Counted from the first letter of the stretch, positions 1-8,476 are shown. The stretch: 64,000 nucleotides of DNA from Phycisphaerae bacterium (GCA_035356615.1 DAOQSN010000003.1:9835-73834), one strand, 5' to 3'. Numbers and translations: made by a program. The notes: generated from the sequence alone by a model not told the origin.

Positions 1-1
1 C

Positions 2-463
2 AATGACAACTGGGTCGATATCATCGACTTCGGTGTCTTCGCCAATCGCTGGGGTACCCACCCACCCGTGAACACCGACTGCGCCACGACGGGCTTCCAT
101 GCGGACATGTCCGGCAATGGCACGGTGGACGATGGCGACTTCACGTTCATCCAGCTCAACTTCCTGCTGGAGGGTGATGGCCCCTGCTGCGTGCCGTTCG
201 CGCCAGGTGCACCGCAGGGCATGCCGCTGATGGAGATCTCCGTGGCGGAGCTTGTCGCCCGCGGGTTGGGTGAGCTGGCCAACGCCGACCTCAACGGTGA
301 CGGCCTGCTGAATACGACCGACGTGATGCTGTTCGCCGCCGGTCAGCGGCCCCGGCCGCCGCAGACGGTGACACCGCAACCGGTTACCCCGCAACCGGGC
401 ATGCAACCCACCCCGGTCCAGCGCGGGCTTCCCACGGCGGTTCCGGAGCGCATTGCGCCGTAG
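2..463 (+). CDS. Dockerin-like (EF-hand-type Ca-binding repeat) protein, C-terminal part; ORF is open to the left window edge
   Basis: Frame 2 is open from nt 2. It has three D-x-N/D-x-D-G-type segments (NDNWVDIIDFGVF, MSGNGTVDDGDFTFI, DLNGDGLLNTTDVMLF) followed by a P/T/Q-rich tail. Stop codon at 461-463. Confidence 0.6.
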   Translation, partial: NDNWVDIIDFGVFANRWGTHPPVNTDCATTGFHADMSGNGTVDDGDFTFIQLNFLLEGDGPCCVPFAPGAPQGMPLMEISVAELVARGLGELANADLNGDGLLNTTDVMLFAAGQRPRPPQTVTPQPVTPQPGMQPTPVQRGLPTAVPERIAP

Positions 464-748
464 GTAGCGACAACCGGCGCGGGTCCGGGCGGCCTCAGCG
501 TCGCCCGGACCCGCTGCCCGAACGTGTGCGGAAGAGCACCTGCCCTGCTTGCGTCTTTGCCCGAATGGGCCGGAGCGTTAGACTGGCGGGGCACCAGCAT
601 GATCGAGTGGACGCCCACGCGGAGGAGGAGGCCGAATCGGGCGTCCCAAGAGTGACGGATCTGGAGCGGCGTGGGCGTCGCAAGCCGTCCATGCCGCTCC
701 ACCCCGTCCACCACGGTGAAGCAACGCGGAAGGAGCGAGGTTCAAACG

Positions 749-1408
749 ATGCAACCGGTTAAGACGTATGCGATGCTGGCGGCGATGTTGTGCATCGGGA
801 GTGCGCTGGGAACGGCGGCGGCCTTGGCCGACGACCCGCCGCCGTACATCCCGGTGAACCTGGAATGGCGCCCGGCCTGGCAGATGGTGGCACCGGGCAG
901 CGCGGTCCAGATCGGGCTGTACGCCGTCGCCGACAGCGAGGAGGAAGAGCAGAAGATATCGGCCGCTCGCGTGCTTTTCGGATGGGACCCCGCCTATCTA
1001 CTGCTGGAGGGGCTCAATCAGTCGGGGGCCGCCCCGTTGATGGTCTCGACGTTCCCCCAGAACGACCCCTACGGCCTCAATGAGGCGAACGGGAGCGTCC
1101 CGTACCGTCCCCTCGATGGAGACGGGTACTACCAGGCTTGGGCGATGCTCGGAGACAACCTGTATGCCACGCCGGCGGGCACGCTGTTGACGACCTTCGT
1201 ATTCACGGCCATGGACTACACGGCCGGAACGACGCTGGAGATCTTCGAGACGGCCGGTAACCCGCCGGGGACGAGTGCGGTGTTCGATGGCAACTGGGCG
1301 AACCGCAACATCCTGGCCGAGCGGGGTTGCGCGATGGTCGTCATTCCGGAGCCCGCGACGGTGCTCCTGTTGGCGACCGGTTGCCTGCTGTGGCGACGCC
1401 GGCGGTAG
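749..1408 (+). CDS. PEP-CTERM-anchored secreted protein with cohesin-like beta-sandwich signature
   Basis: ATG at 749 lies after GGAAGGAG. Signal peptide MQPVKTYAMLAAMLCIGSALGTAAALA. The C-terminus VIPEPATVLLLATGCLLWRRRR is the PEP motif plus TM helix plus Arg cluster. The middle region (VQIGLYAV...ISAARVLFGWDPAYLLLEG...GTLLTTFVFTAM) fits a cohesin-type pattern. Confidence 0.8.
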   Translation: MQPVKTYAMLAAMLCIGSALGTAAALADDPPPYIPVNLEWRPAWQMVAPGSAVQIGLYAVADSEEEEQKISAARVLFGWDPAYLLLEGLNQSGAAPLMVSTFPQNDPYGLNEANGSVPYRPLDGDGYYQAWAMLGDNLYATPAGTLLTTFVFTAMDYTAGTTLEIFETAGNPPGTSAVFDGNWANRNILAERGCAMVVIPEPATVLLLATGCLLWRRRR

Positions 1409-1737
1409 CGCAGCGACGCGGAGACTTGTCAGCCGGGCACGGCCGTGCCGACCATGCAGCCCGACGCGTAAAGTCAGCGCGGGCAGGCCCCTCGGGCGGG
1501 GTCCGCCCGCTTCTTCTGCGCTCGTAGTCTCGTGAAGCGGAGAGGTACGAACGGGTCGTGACCAGAGTGACGCGCGCACTGCATAGGACCACGCCAACGC
1601 GAAACCAACGTGGTACGCCTAAGCCAGCCGCGGGCGACTGCCGGCATGCCGCGGGGACGTCCGCGCACGCCAATGGGAGGGCGTGGCGGCGCTGCGCTTG
1701 CCCATGCCACCCGCATTGGAGCGGCGGTTTCGCAAAC

Positions 1738-2610
1738 GTGTGGCGCTGTTTGGCGTCCATGTGCACCGCGGCGGCCCTGCTGGCCGGAGCAGCCGCTGGG
1801 TCGGCAGGCATTGAGCAATCTCGCGGCGGCTTACCGCACCCACGCGTTGCGGCGGTCCCGCCGCCGCCGAACGGTCCCCACGCGGGGTTGATGACGGCCC
1901 CCGGTTCGATGGGCGTGGACGGCCACGGTGCCGGTGACACGGGACCGTTGCCCGGAGGCGACGTCCCCACCCTGCTCCTTCGTCTGAGCGACGATGGAGG
2001 TTACCTTTGCACCGCGCCCGGAGCGGAGTTCAGCGTAATCCTGTCCTTGCGCCATCCGCCGGGGCCGGTGGTCGGCTACCAGGCGTTCGTGCGTTTCGAC
2101 GCCGACGACGTGACGTTTGTGCGGGGCACGTATTCCCATCCTGACCCGTTCGCCGTCCTCTTCGCCTACCCGATCGCGGCCGTCGATGGGCAGATTACCC
2201 TGGCGGCCGGCATACTCCCCGGTATCCAGCCGCCCCTGACGCACGACGCCGACCTCGCCACGCTGACGTTTCTGGCGATTTCCGGCGCGGTGCCCACGGT
2301 CGTCGAGCTACCGTCGCACAATCCGCCGTCGCGTCTCATTCTCAGCGACGACACTCTGGTGCTCCCCAGGCTGGTCGACTCACCGTGGATCGTTCCGGTC
2401 AACGGTCCTCCCGATCCATGCGGCTGCTTCCGGCCTGACGTGAACACCGACGGGCGCGTCGATGCGGACGATTTCGGCCTGCTGTGGGAGTGCCTTAGCG
2501 GACCGCAGGTGACACCGCCCGCCGGCGGATGCGACTGTGCGGACCTCGATGCCGATGGCGACGTCGACCTGGCCGACGTGGCCCGGCTGCAATGGGCATT
2601 CTCCGGCTGA
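1738..2610 (+). CDS. Secreted cohesin-like plus C-terminal dockerin-like repeat protein (start uncertain: GTG 1738, ATG 1759, or upstream to 1558)
   Basis: Signal-like (M)WRCLASMCTAAALLAGAAAG. Cohesin-like block FSVILSL...VVGYQAFVRFDADDVTFVRG...ADLATLTFLAISG. C-terminal DVNTDGRVDADDFGLL and DLDADGDVDLADVARL dockerin-type repeats. Confidence 0.7.
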   Translation: MWRCLASMCTAAALLAGAAAGSAGIEQSRGGLPHPRVAAVPPPPNGPHAGLMTAPGSMGVDGHGAGDTGPLPGGDVPTLLLRLSDDGGYLCTAPGAEFSVILSLRHPPGPVVGYQAFVRFDADDVTFVRGTYSHPDPFAVLFAYPIAAVDGQITLAAGILPGIQPPLTHDADLATLTFLAISGAVPTVVELPSHNPPSRLILSDDTLVLPRLVDSPWIVPVNGPPDPCGCFRPDVNTDGRVDADDFGLLWECLSGPQVTPPAGGCDCADLDADGDVDLADVARLQWAFSG

Positions 2611-2715
2611 GGGCGCTTCGCCCTGTTCCGCGAGCCCGGTAGCGACGCTGCGACACGCGTGCGTGCAAACACGCGTCGGCGGCGTTGAGGCTCGACCGCT
2701 CCCCGACGGTCGCGG

Positions 2716-5700
2716 CTAGCCACCGCCCCGCGTTGCCTCCTCGACGACGCGGATTTCGTCGTCTGTCAGACCGTAGAGCTCGTAGACAAGCCGGTCGATC
2801 TGTCGGTCGGTGGCGTCGATCTGGCGCTCGAGGGCGGTCCGCTTGTGCGGGGTCTTCGCCGCGGGAAGGGCCTGGTGCAGGTCGAGCATCGTCTGGACGA
2901 GGGTGACGAGGCGGTGGTAGCGTCCTCGCGGGCGCGGGGCCGCACGACCGGGAGGGCAAACCGGGAGACTGCGCGTTTCCTTCAAGACGATCTTCGGAAA
3001 ATCGTCACGTTGAGCGATAGTCGACTTATGCAGGAAATACCAGGACAGAAGTCGGCTGTTAAGGATACCAAGCAAGTACCTGAGATCGGGCGCACCGGGA
3101 AGGGCGAGCACCGATTGCATCGACTTGTTCGTCACGAAGTCTTGTGATACCATGACAGCTTGAATTCGGAATTTCCGGCTGATGAGCTCGCGGAGCAGAA
3201 GCCGAGGTCCGGTGAAGTACCGTTCCGGCTTCGGCTCCGCGAGGGTATCGTCAAACTGAATGAACGCCGGCGGCCCCGGTTCGTAGGTGTATCTGCGCAC
3301 GGTCCCGGTGAACGCCGGGCGCGCGTGTCGGCCCCGCGAACGCCCCGTGAGCGAAAACGGTGTGACGCCTCGCTGGATGTCAGCGAAAGTGCTGAACGGG
3401 CGAGCGACGCTCTCAATCTTGCCGAGGATGGATGTAGCCGCGTCATCTGCGCAGGTCAGATACTCGTCCCTGTTGTGCGCGAGCCACCGCGTGAAGTCTG
3501 CCGCAAGGTAGTCCTCGTCTATCTCCGAGCTCTCCGAAATCCGATGCCGCTTCGGGAACGTTCGGAGTCTGACCGGACACGGCACGGTCCGTGGCCACTG
3601 GAGACGGTCCGCACGCTTGGCCAGGACAAACATAGTCGTGTCAACCCAGGCGCGAAAGACATCGTACGGGAGGTTCACGAAAACTCGCGGATCCGTGGTA
3701 CAAGCGAGCAGCCGACGTAGAGGCGAGAAATCCGCGCCGCTGTACCAGCCGGTCGGGGTGATGAACGCGATCAGCCCCCCAGACTTCGCCAGACGAACCG
3801 CCTGCTCTATGAAGAGGGCGTAGCTGTCCACCCCTGAAGAAACGCCTTCAAAGCGACTTCGCAGATACAGAGACTCAGGCGCGCTGATTGCGGCTCCATA
3901 CGGCGGGTTTCCGATGACCGCGTCGAAGCCGCAATCGGGGTCGGGGGCCCGGGACTGGGGAGTGGGGACTGGGGACTGGGCGCCTGCAACCCGAGCCCCG
4001 GAACCTGAGCCCCTGCCGCCCGGGCCTGACCCCCGAAACACCTCTGGGAACTCAGTCTTCCAGTCGAAGACGTTGATGCGCAGGCGCTCGTCCTCGTCGA
4101 ACATGTTCAATTGCTGCCCGTTGTAGAAGTCCGGGCCGATCAGCGAGTTGCCGCACTTGATGTTGCGGTTCAGGTCGGGCAGGGCCCGTTCGTGGAAGAG
4201 CCGGAGCGTCGAGTCGATCGTCTCGCCGGTCTCGCCCTCCAGCACCTTCAGCAGCAACGACAGCTTGGTCGTCTCGACGGCCTGCGGATCGATGTCCACG
4301 CCGTAGATGTGGTTCAGCAGAATCCGCTTCTTTTCCTGGATGGTGAGGCGCCATTGACCGCCGGCGGCTTGGTAGATGGGAAGCGACGAACGGCGGGAGG
4401 CCTTGTCCGCAGATGACGCAGATTGACGCAGATTACATACCTGTGATGCCGGCTGCTGATCTGCGTTAATCGGCGAAATCTGCGGACCCGATCCGGGCAT
4501 CTGGGCGACGTACCAGTCGCGGTGCCAGTCCAGCAGGTACTGGTACGCGCCCAGCAGGAACGATCCCGAACCGCAGGCAGGGTCGAGAATCCGCAGCCTG
4601 GAAATCGGGCCTAGGGGCTCGGGGTCAGGGGCTGGGCGGGGTTTCTTCGCAGGGCGGCGATGAGCGCGTTCAGGAGTTTTCCCACGCGCTGACAGAGATC
4701 CCAGATCGGCACGACGGCTTCCCGTTTCACCAAGTCGAGCCGCACCGCCAACGTCAGATGAGTCTCCAACTCTGCCAGCGAGCCCCGCGCCATGGAGAGG
4801 TGATGAAGGTAGTCGCCCCGGTGCGTCCGGCTGTGCCCCTCCGCGACGTTCGCCGGAATCGAGACGGCCGCTCGTTGGATCTGACTGGCCAGTCCGAAGC
4901 GCTCCTGCGCCGGCAGCGCTTTCGCCACACGGTAGACCTGCTCCACGAGGTCCATCGCTCTCTGCCACACTTCCAGGTCGCGGTAGTGCTTGACGGCCAT
5001 CGGCCTCGTCTCCCAAACCCCCACTCCCTGACCCCCGACCCCGAGTCCCGAGTCCCGAACCCCGTTCTTCGAGCAGCTTGCCGACCGTGTTCCTCACGAT
5101 GTAGTCGACGATGTAGGTCGGCGTGTAGTACACGCCGCCGGCCTTGCGAACCTCGGGCTTCTCCTCGACCTTGGCGTGGTGGCCTTTCGTCAGGCGGATC
5201 ACCTTGCCCAGGAACTGCTCATAGACGTGCCCCAGAATCTCCGGCGGTAGGACGGAGAACTCGTAGGGGCTGTCGGGGTAGTACAGGCCGCGAAGCACGT
5301 CCTTGAGCACGCGGTCATCAAGTTGCAGGCCCAGTGTCAGCTCATCGATTGCCCCGCGCCCGAACTCAGGTGTGAAGTAGAACAGCCCGGAGTTGTAGCG
5401 TTCATCGGCGCGGCGGAAGATCGCGCCCAGGCGCTCGTAGACCTTGTCCCCGTTGAGCAACCCCTGGAGTTGCCCGTAGCGCTCGATGCCCCGGTCTTCG
5501 CACAGGCGCAGGAAGACGACCCGGTCGATGGTGCGCTGGACGGCAAAGTTGAGGTCGCGGACCGATAAGTCCGGATTACGCAACGCGAAGTTCTGCGCCA
5601 GCATCTCCCGCCAGAGCTCGATCTCCCGGAGAAACTCGGCGTCCACCTCGGCCGTGCCGCGCTTGCGTTTGTTGGATTCGGCGTATTGGTCGAAGGCACC

Positions 5701-6249
5701 CTTAAGGACGGCCTCCTTGGCGAACAAGCCGCTGATCCAATCCCAGTGGGCGGCGTATTGATCGCAGGTGCAGTAGAAGACGCGGGCCGTGGCGGGCTTG
5801 TCCGTTGGCGCAGGGCGGATGCGGCAGTCGTAAACCGCGAACTCCTCGAAGTCCGTCAGGACGGAGAGGGGCAGCTTGCTGGTCCAGGCGTAGCGACGGA
5901 GTTGATAAGCCGCCTCCGGATCGCTACTCAGGGCGACCGCCGGCTTCTTCGCCTCGACGAAGAACTTGCGCGTGCCGCCGATGCGGAAGCAGTAGTCGGG
6001 TGCCTTGGTGGCCCCGCCGATCTTGATGGCGTCCTCGTGGATGACGTCCTTGTAGGCTTCGGCCAGCCCGCCCTCGTTGTCCACGTCCCAGCCGAGGGCT
6101 TCGAAAAAGGGGTCGATGAACTCGCGGCGCACCTGGGTCTCATGGTAGCCTGGCGAGCCATACGCTTCGCGGTTGCGCGCGAAGCGCTCCGCCAGCTCCA
6201 CCACCGTGGCCGGGCAGGGCGATTGCGCTTCGCGCTCTGAGGTGCTCAC
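2716..6249 (-). CDS. Type IIG restriction-modification enzyme: N-terminal PD-(D/E)XK nuclease, gamma-class N6-adenine methyltransferase (Eco57I/BpuSI-like) and TaqI-like C-terminal specificity domain
   Basis: Nuclease motif APDYCF...KFFVEAKKP. GVYYTPTYIVDYIVRNTVGKLL block. Motif I ILDPACGSGSFLLGAY. Motif IV VIGNPPYG. TRD-type LGILNSRLLSWYF. The probable start is GTG at 6249; the longer ORF to 6486 would overlap the kinase gene. The ORF is continuous but contains three palindromic insertions, listed as separate features. Confidence 0.85.
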   Translation of the reverse strand: MSTSEREAQSPCPATVVELAERFARNREAYGSPGYHETQVRREFIDPFFEALGWDVDNEGGLAEAYKDVIHEDAIKIGGATKAPDYCFRIGGTRKFFVEAKKPAVALSSDPEAAYQLRRYAWTSKLPLSVLTDFEEFAVYDCRIRPAPTDKPATARVFYCTCDQYAAHWDWISGLFAKEAVLKGAFDQYAESNKRKRGTAEVDAEFLREIELWREMLAQNFALRNPDLSVRDLNFAVQRTIDRVVFLRLCEDRGIERYGQLQGLLNGDKVYERLGAIFRRADERYNSGLFYFTPEFGRGAIDELTLGLQLDDRVLKDVLRGLYYPDSPYEFSVLPPEILGHVYEQFLGKVIRLTKGHHAKVEEKPEVRKAGGVYYTPTYIVDYIVRNTVGKLLEERGSGLGTRGRGSGSGGLGDEADGRQALPRPGSVAESDGPRGAGLPCGESAAGAGALRTGQSDPTSGRLDSGERRGGAQPDAPGRLPSSPLHGAGLAGRVGDSSDVGGAARLGETGSRRADLGSLSARGKTPERAHRRPAKKPRPAPDPEPLGPISRLRILDPACGSGSFLLGAYQYLLDWHRDWYVAQMPGSGPQISPINADQQPASQVCNLRQSASSADKASRRSSLPIYQAAGGQWRLTIQEKKRILLNHIYGVDIDPQAVETTKLSLLLKVLEGETGETIDSTLRLFHERALPDLNRNIKCGNSLIGPDFYNGQQLNMFDEDERLRINVFDWKTEFPEVFRGSGPGGRGSGSGARVAGAQSPVPTPQSRAPDPDCGFDAVIGNPPYGAAISAPESLYLRSRFEGVSSGVDSYALFIEQAVRLAKSGGLIAFITPTGWYSGADFSPLRRLLACTTDPRVFVNLPYDVFRAWVDTTMFVLAKRADRLQWPRTVPCPVRLRTFPKRHRISESSEIDEDYLAADFTRWLAHNRDEYLTCADDAATSILGKIESVARPFSTFADIQRGVTPFSLTGRSRGRHARPAFTGTVRRYTYEPGPPAFIQFDDTLAEPKPERYFTGPRLLLRELISRKFRIQAVMVSQDFVTNKSMQSVLALPGAPDLRYLLGILNSRLLSWYFLHKSTIAQRDDFPKIVLKETRSLPVCPPGRAAPRPRGRYHRLVTLVQTMLDLHQALPAAKTPHKRTALERQIDATDRQIDRLVYELYGLTDDEIRVVEEATRGGG
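3937..4034 (-). repeat. Family A solo hairpin (no cargo) inserted in frame just upstream of the NPPY motif
   Basis: GGGGTCGGGGGCCCGGG (3937-3953) pairs with CCCGGGCCTGACCCCC (4019-4034). The GGGACTGGGG/GGGAGTGGGG strings are shared with the full copy. It translates as GSGPGGRGSGSGARVAGAQSPVPTPQSRAPDP in the host ORF. Confidence 0.55.
4407..4485 (-). repeat. Family C hairpin (CCGCAGAT...ACGCAGAT arms) inserted in frame in the Type IIG gene
   Basis: CCGCAGATGACGCAGATTGACGCAGAT (4407-4433) is an imperfect inverted repeat of ATCTGCGTTAATCGGCGAAATCTGCGG (4459-4485). It translates as ...ISPINADQQPASQVCNLRQSASSADK... between the conserved DWHRDWY and IYQAAGGQWRLT blocks. Confidence 0.6.
4611..5000 (-). 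CDS. Four-helix-bundle protein (23S rRNA intervening-sequence protein / Avd-like family), nested inside the Type IIG gene in a different frame
   Basis: MAVKHYRDLEVWQRAMDLVEQVYRVAKALPAQERFGLASQIQRAAVSIPANVAEGHSR...YLHHLSMARGSLAELETHLTLA is the textbook sequence pattern of this family. ATG at 5000 follows GGGAGACGAGG. Confidence 0.85.
   Translation of the reverse strand: MAVKHYRDLEVWQRAMDLVEQVYRVAKALPAQERFGLASQIQRAAVSIPANVAEGHSRTHRGDYLHHLSMARGSLAELETHLTLAVRLDLVKREAVVPIWDLCQRVGKLLNALIAALRRNPAQPLTPSP
4614..5064 (-). mobile_element. IVS-like palindromic element (family A, full copy) carrying the four-helix-bundle gene
   Basis: On the gene strand, a G-rich arm (5064->5017, ...GGGACTCGGGGTCGGGGGTCAGGGAGTGGGGG) and a partly complementary C-rich arm (4641->4614, CCCCGCCCAGCCCCTGACCCCGAGCCCC) bracket the cargo ORF. 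Confidence 0.6.
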
Positions 6250-6328
6250 GGCAGGGAGAATAGCAGGCGTCGCGCCGGGCTTCAACGCCTGGGCGACACG
6301 GCGCAGGAGCCAGCGGGAGCGCCGGTTG

Positions 6329-7285
6329 TCACTGTGCCAGTTCGTCCGGCAGATCGGCGAGGAAGTCTTCGAGGGGCAGCAGGCCGGTCTCGGCCAGGTC
6401 GGCTTCGAGTTCCTCGTCCAAGCCGAGGACGGTCTCGCCGGAGGCGGCCAACTCGCCTTCCGGACGCAGCAGAATGGCGCGGGCAATCTCCGCCCGCTCG
6501 ATGAACGTAGGCATGTCGCGCAGCCGCCCGTCCATGTCGCCGGCGCAGCAATCCTCGATCAGACGCGCGACCGACATCGGCAGTTCCGCGCCGGCCGACT
6601 CCCCCGCCCGCGTGCGCAGCAGACCGGCGCGGGTGGGGGCGTCCAGGTTGATCGTCTGGTTCATTTGCGTGGGCACCGGACGGCCTGTGAGTACCCGATG
6701 CAGGGCCGCCCCCAGCCCGAACACGTCGGTCCGCTGGTCCAGCCGCTCCATCCGCACCTGCTCCGGTGCGATGTAGTCCGGGGTCCCCTGAATCTTGGTC
6801 TTGGCCTCTCCCAGCCGCGAGCTTTGCCCGAAGTCGATGAGCTTCACCTGGTCGTTGGGCATCAGCAGGATGTTGCCCGGCTTTAAGTCGGCATGCACGT
6901 ACCCGGCGCAGTGCATGGCGTGGAGCCCCTCGGCCGCCCGGACGAACACCCGCAGCATGTCCGGGATGCCGCGCGGCGCCTTCCCATCGGTCAAGGGCAC
7001 GCCGTCCACGTACTCCATGAACAGCATCGCGCCGCGCAGCCGGAAGCGCTGGCGGATCATCCGCAACTCGTACACCTTGCGAATGGCGGGATGGTCGATC
7101 AGTGACCCGATCGTGTACTCCGCCCGCAGCAGATTGGCTATGCGCACGTCCTCGGGCGACTGAATCTTGACGATCTTAACGGCGTAATCTCGCCCCGTGC
7201 GCATACACCGGGCACGATAGATGCGCGACTGGGCACCCGTCCCGAGCTTCTCTAGAAGCCGGAAGTTTGGGATGTCAAGTGTCAA
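6329..7285 (-). CDS. Hanks-type serine/threonine protein kinase with acidic C-terminal tail
   Basis: Gly-loop LGTGAQSRIY, AVKIV lysine, catalytic HADLKPGNILL, DFG, GTPDYIAPE. Confidence 0.9.
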   Translation of the reverse strand: MTLDIPNFRLLEKLGTGAQSRIYRARCMRTGRDYAVKIVKIQSPEDVRIANLLRAEYTIGSLIDHPAIRKVYELRMIRQRFRLRGAMLFMEYVDGVPLTDGKAPRGIPDMLRVFVRAAEGLHAMHCAGYVHADLKPGNILLMPNDQVKLIDFGQSSRLGEAKTKIQGTPDYIAPEQVRMERLDQRTDVFGLGAALHRVLTGRPVPTQMNQTINLDAPTRAGLLRTRAGESAGAELPMSVARLIEDCCAGDMDGRLRDMPTFIERAEIARAILLRPEGELAASGETVLGLDEELEADLAETGLLPLEDFLADLPDELAQ

Positions 7286-7612
7286 TTCCCACCCTCAACA
7301 GACAGTGCAAGCTGCCGGACGCTCCGCAGCAGGAGGAGCCCGAGTGAACCCCCAGGGCGCATCCAAACGTGCATCGGCAGTTCGCTGCCGTCCCAGACAC
7401 CTCCAGCGGAGTCGTCAAGCCGTCCGGATCGCCGCGCCGCAGTCTTGGCGCGGTCGGTCCACACGATCAGCAGGCCTGGGGAGGGCAGAAAGCGGCGAAC
7501 AGGTATGGGGACGAACGAATGATTGCGTACGGAAAGATTGTCTTCCGCTGTCTGCACATCCCCAACAAATCCAGTATAGGAACACGGAACCCGATGGTCA
7601 AATCCAGGCTGG

Positions 7613-8476
7613 TTATCGGACTTCAGCCAGGGCGTGGGCCGCGTCCGGGGGGATGCTTTGCGGCGCGCCCTGGACGTCTTCCGGGGTGCGGGTCAGGGTC
7701 AGTGCTACCAACTCCGGGGGGCAATTGATGCGGATGCGTACCGGCCCCGAGAGACCGACCCCGGCCGTGACGTGGACCAGCGTGCCATTCAGGCGGTGCA
7801 GCCCCTGGGATGCCCTCAGCGGGATGCGATCGTGATTGAAGAGGCAACCGAGCTTGGTGAAGCGGATCTGGCCCCCGTGGGTATGCCCGGACAGTAGCAG
7901 GAGGACCGAGCCTGGCCGAATGCGGTAGACGGCCGAGGGGTAGTGGGTCAGCAGGATGGTCGGCAACGAAAGCGCGGGGTGGGGCAACGCGAGTTGCGGG
8001 TTGCCATCTCGGCGTGACCACTGGGCGAGGCCGGCAACGGCCAGCGTTTGCCCGCGAACGCGCAGCGGTTCCCACTCGTCGAGCAACAATCGGAACGGCA
8101 GGTTGGGGTGGGTCGCCATCGCTCGGCCGTCGTGGTTGCCGGGCACCGCGAACACCGGGACGCGTCCTGCCACCGGCTCAAACACGCGGCAGATCAGGTG
8201 GGCTACCTTGCGCCAGCGCCGCGTACGGGGTGCCAGGTCGCCGGTAACGGCCACGAAATCAACCGGGGTTTCGGCGAGCAGACGCTGGGTGTGCGTGAGT
8301 ACGTCAGTCCATCCGCGCACGTGCAGGTCCGAGAGGTGCAGGATGCGGAGCCCCACGAGGGCCTCCGGCAGATGCGGGACTGCAACGGACCGGGTGCGCA
8401 CGACCAGTGTCCCGTGCCGAACGTCGTCCACCTCGGACGGTGCGAACACGATGGTACCGGTGTCGGTTATGGTCAT
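7613..8476 (-). CDS. Calcineurin-like metallophosphoesterase
   Basis: Motifs ILHLSDLHV, VAVTGDL, AVPGNHD, SGHTHGG. ATG at 8476 (MTITDTG...) is preferred over the longer ORF to 8584. Confidence 0.85.
   Translation of the reverse strand: MTITDTGTIVFAPSEVDDVRHGTLVVRTRSVAVPHLPEALVGLRILHLSDLHVRGWTDVLTHTQRLLAETPVDFVAVTGDLAPRTRRWRKVAHLICRVFEPVAGRVPVFAVPGNHDGRAMATHPNLPFRLLLDEWEPLRVRGQTLAVAGLAQWSRRDGNPQLALPHPALSLPTILLTHYPSAVYRIRPGSVLLLLSGHTHGGQIRFTKLGCLFNHDRIPLRASQGLHRLNGTLVHVTAGVGLSGPVRIRINCPPELVALTLTRTPEDVQGAPQSIPPDAAHALAEVR

Noticed and set aside
4611-5000. Four-helix-bundle (Avd-like) gene as a marker of a diversity-generating retroelement
   Set aside because: No reverse transcriptase gene and no template/variable repeat pair anywhere in the window. 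The IVS-like hairpin context explains it better.
6250-6486. N-terminal 79-codon extension of the Type IIG ORF
   Set aside because: It would overlap the 3' end of the kinase gene and is P/R/S-rich. The conserved protein begins right after the GTG at 6249.
2716-8476. Calling the kinase/methylase/phosphoesterase trio a BREX/Pgl system
   Set aside because: No PglZ, BrxC/PglY ATPase or BrxL is present. The methylase has its own PD-(D/E)XK nuclease and a TaqI-like TRD, so it is a self-contained Type IIG enzyme. Kept only as a low-interest adjacency note.
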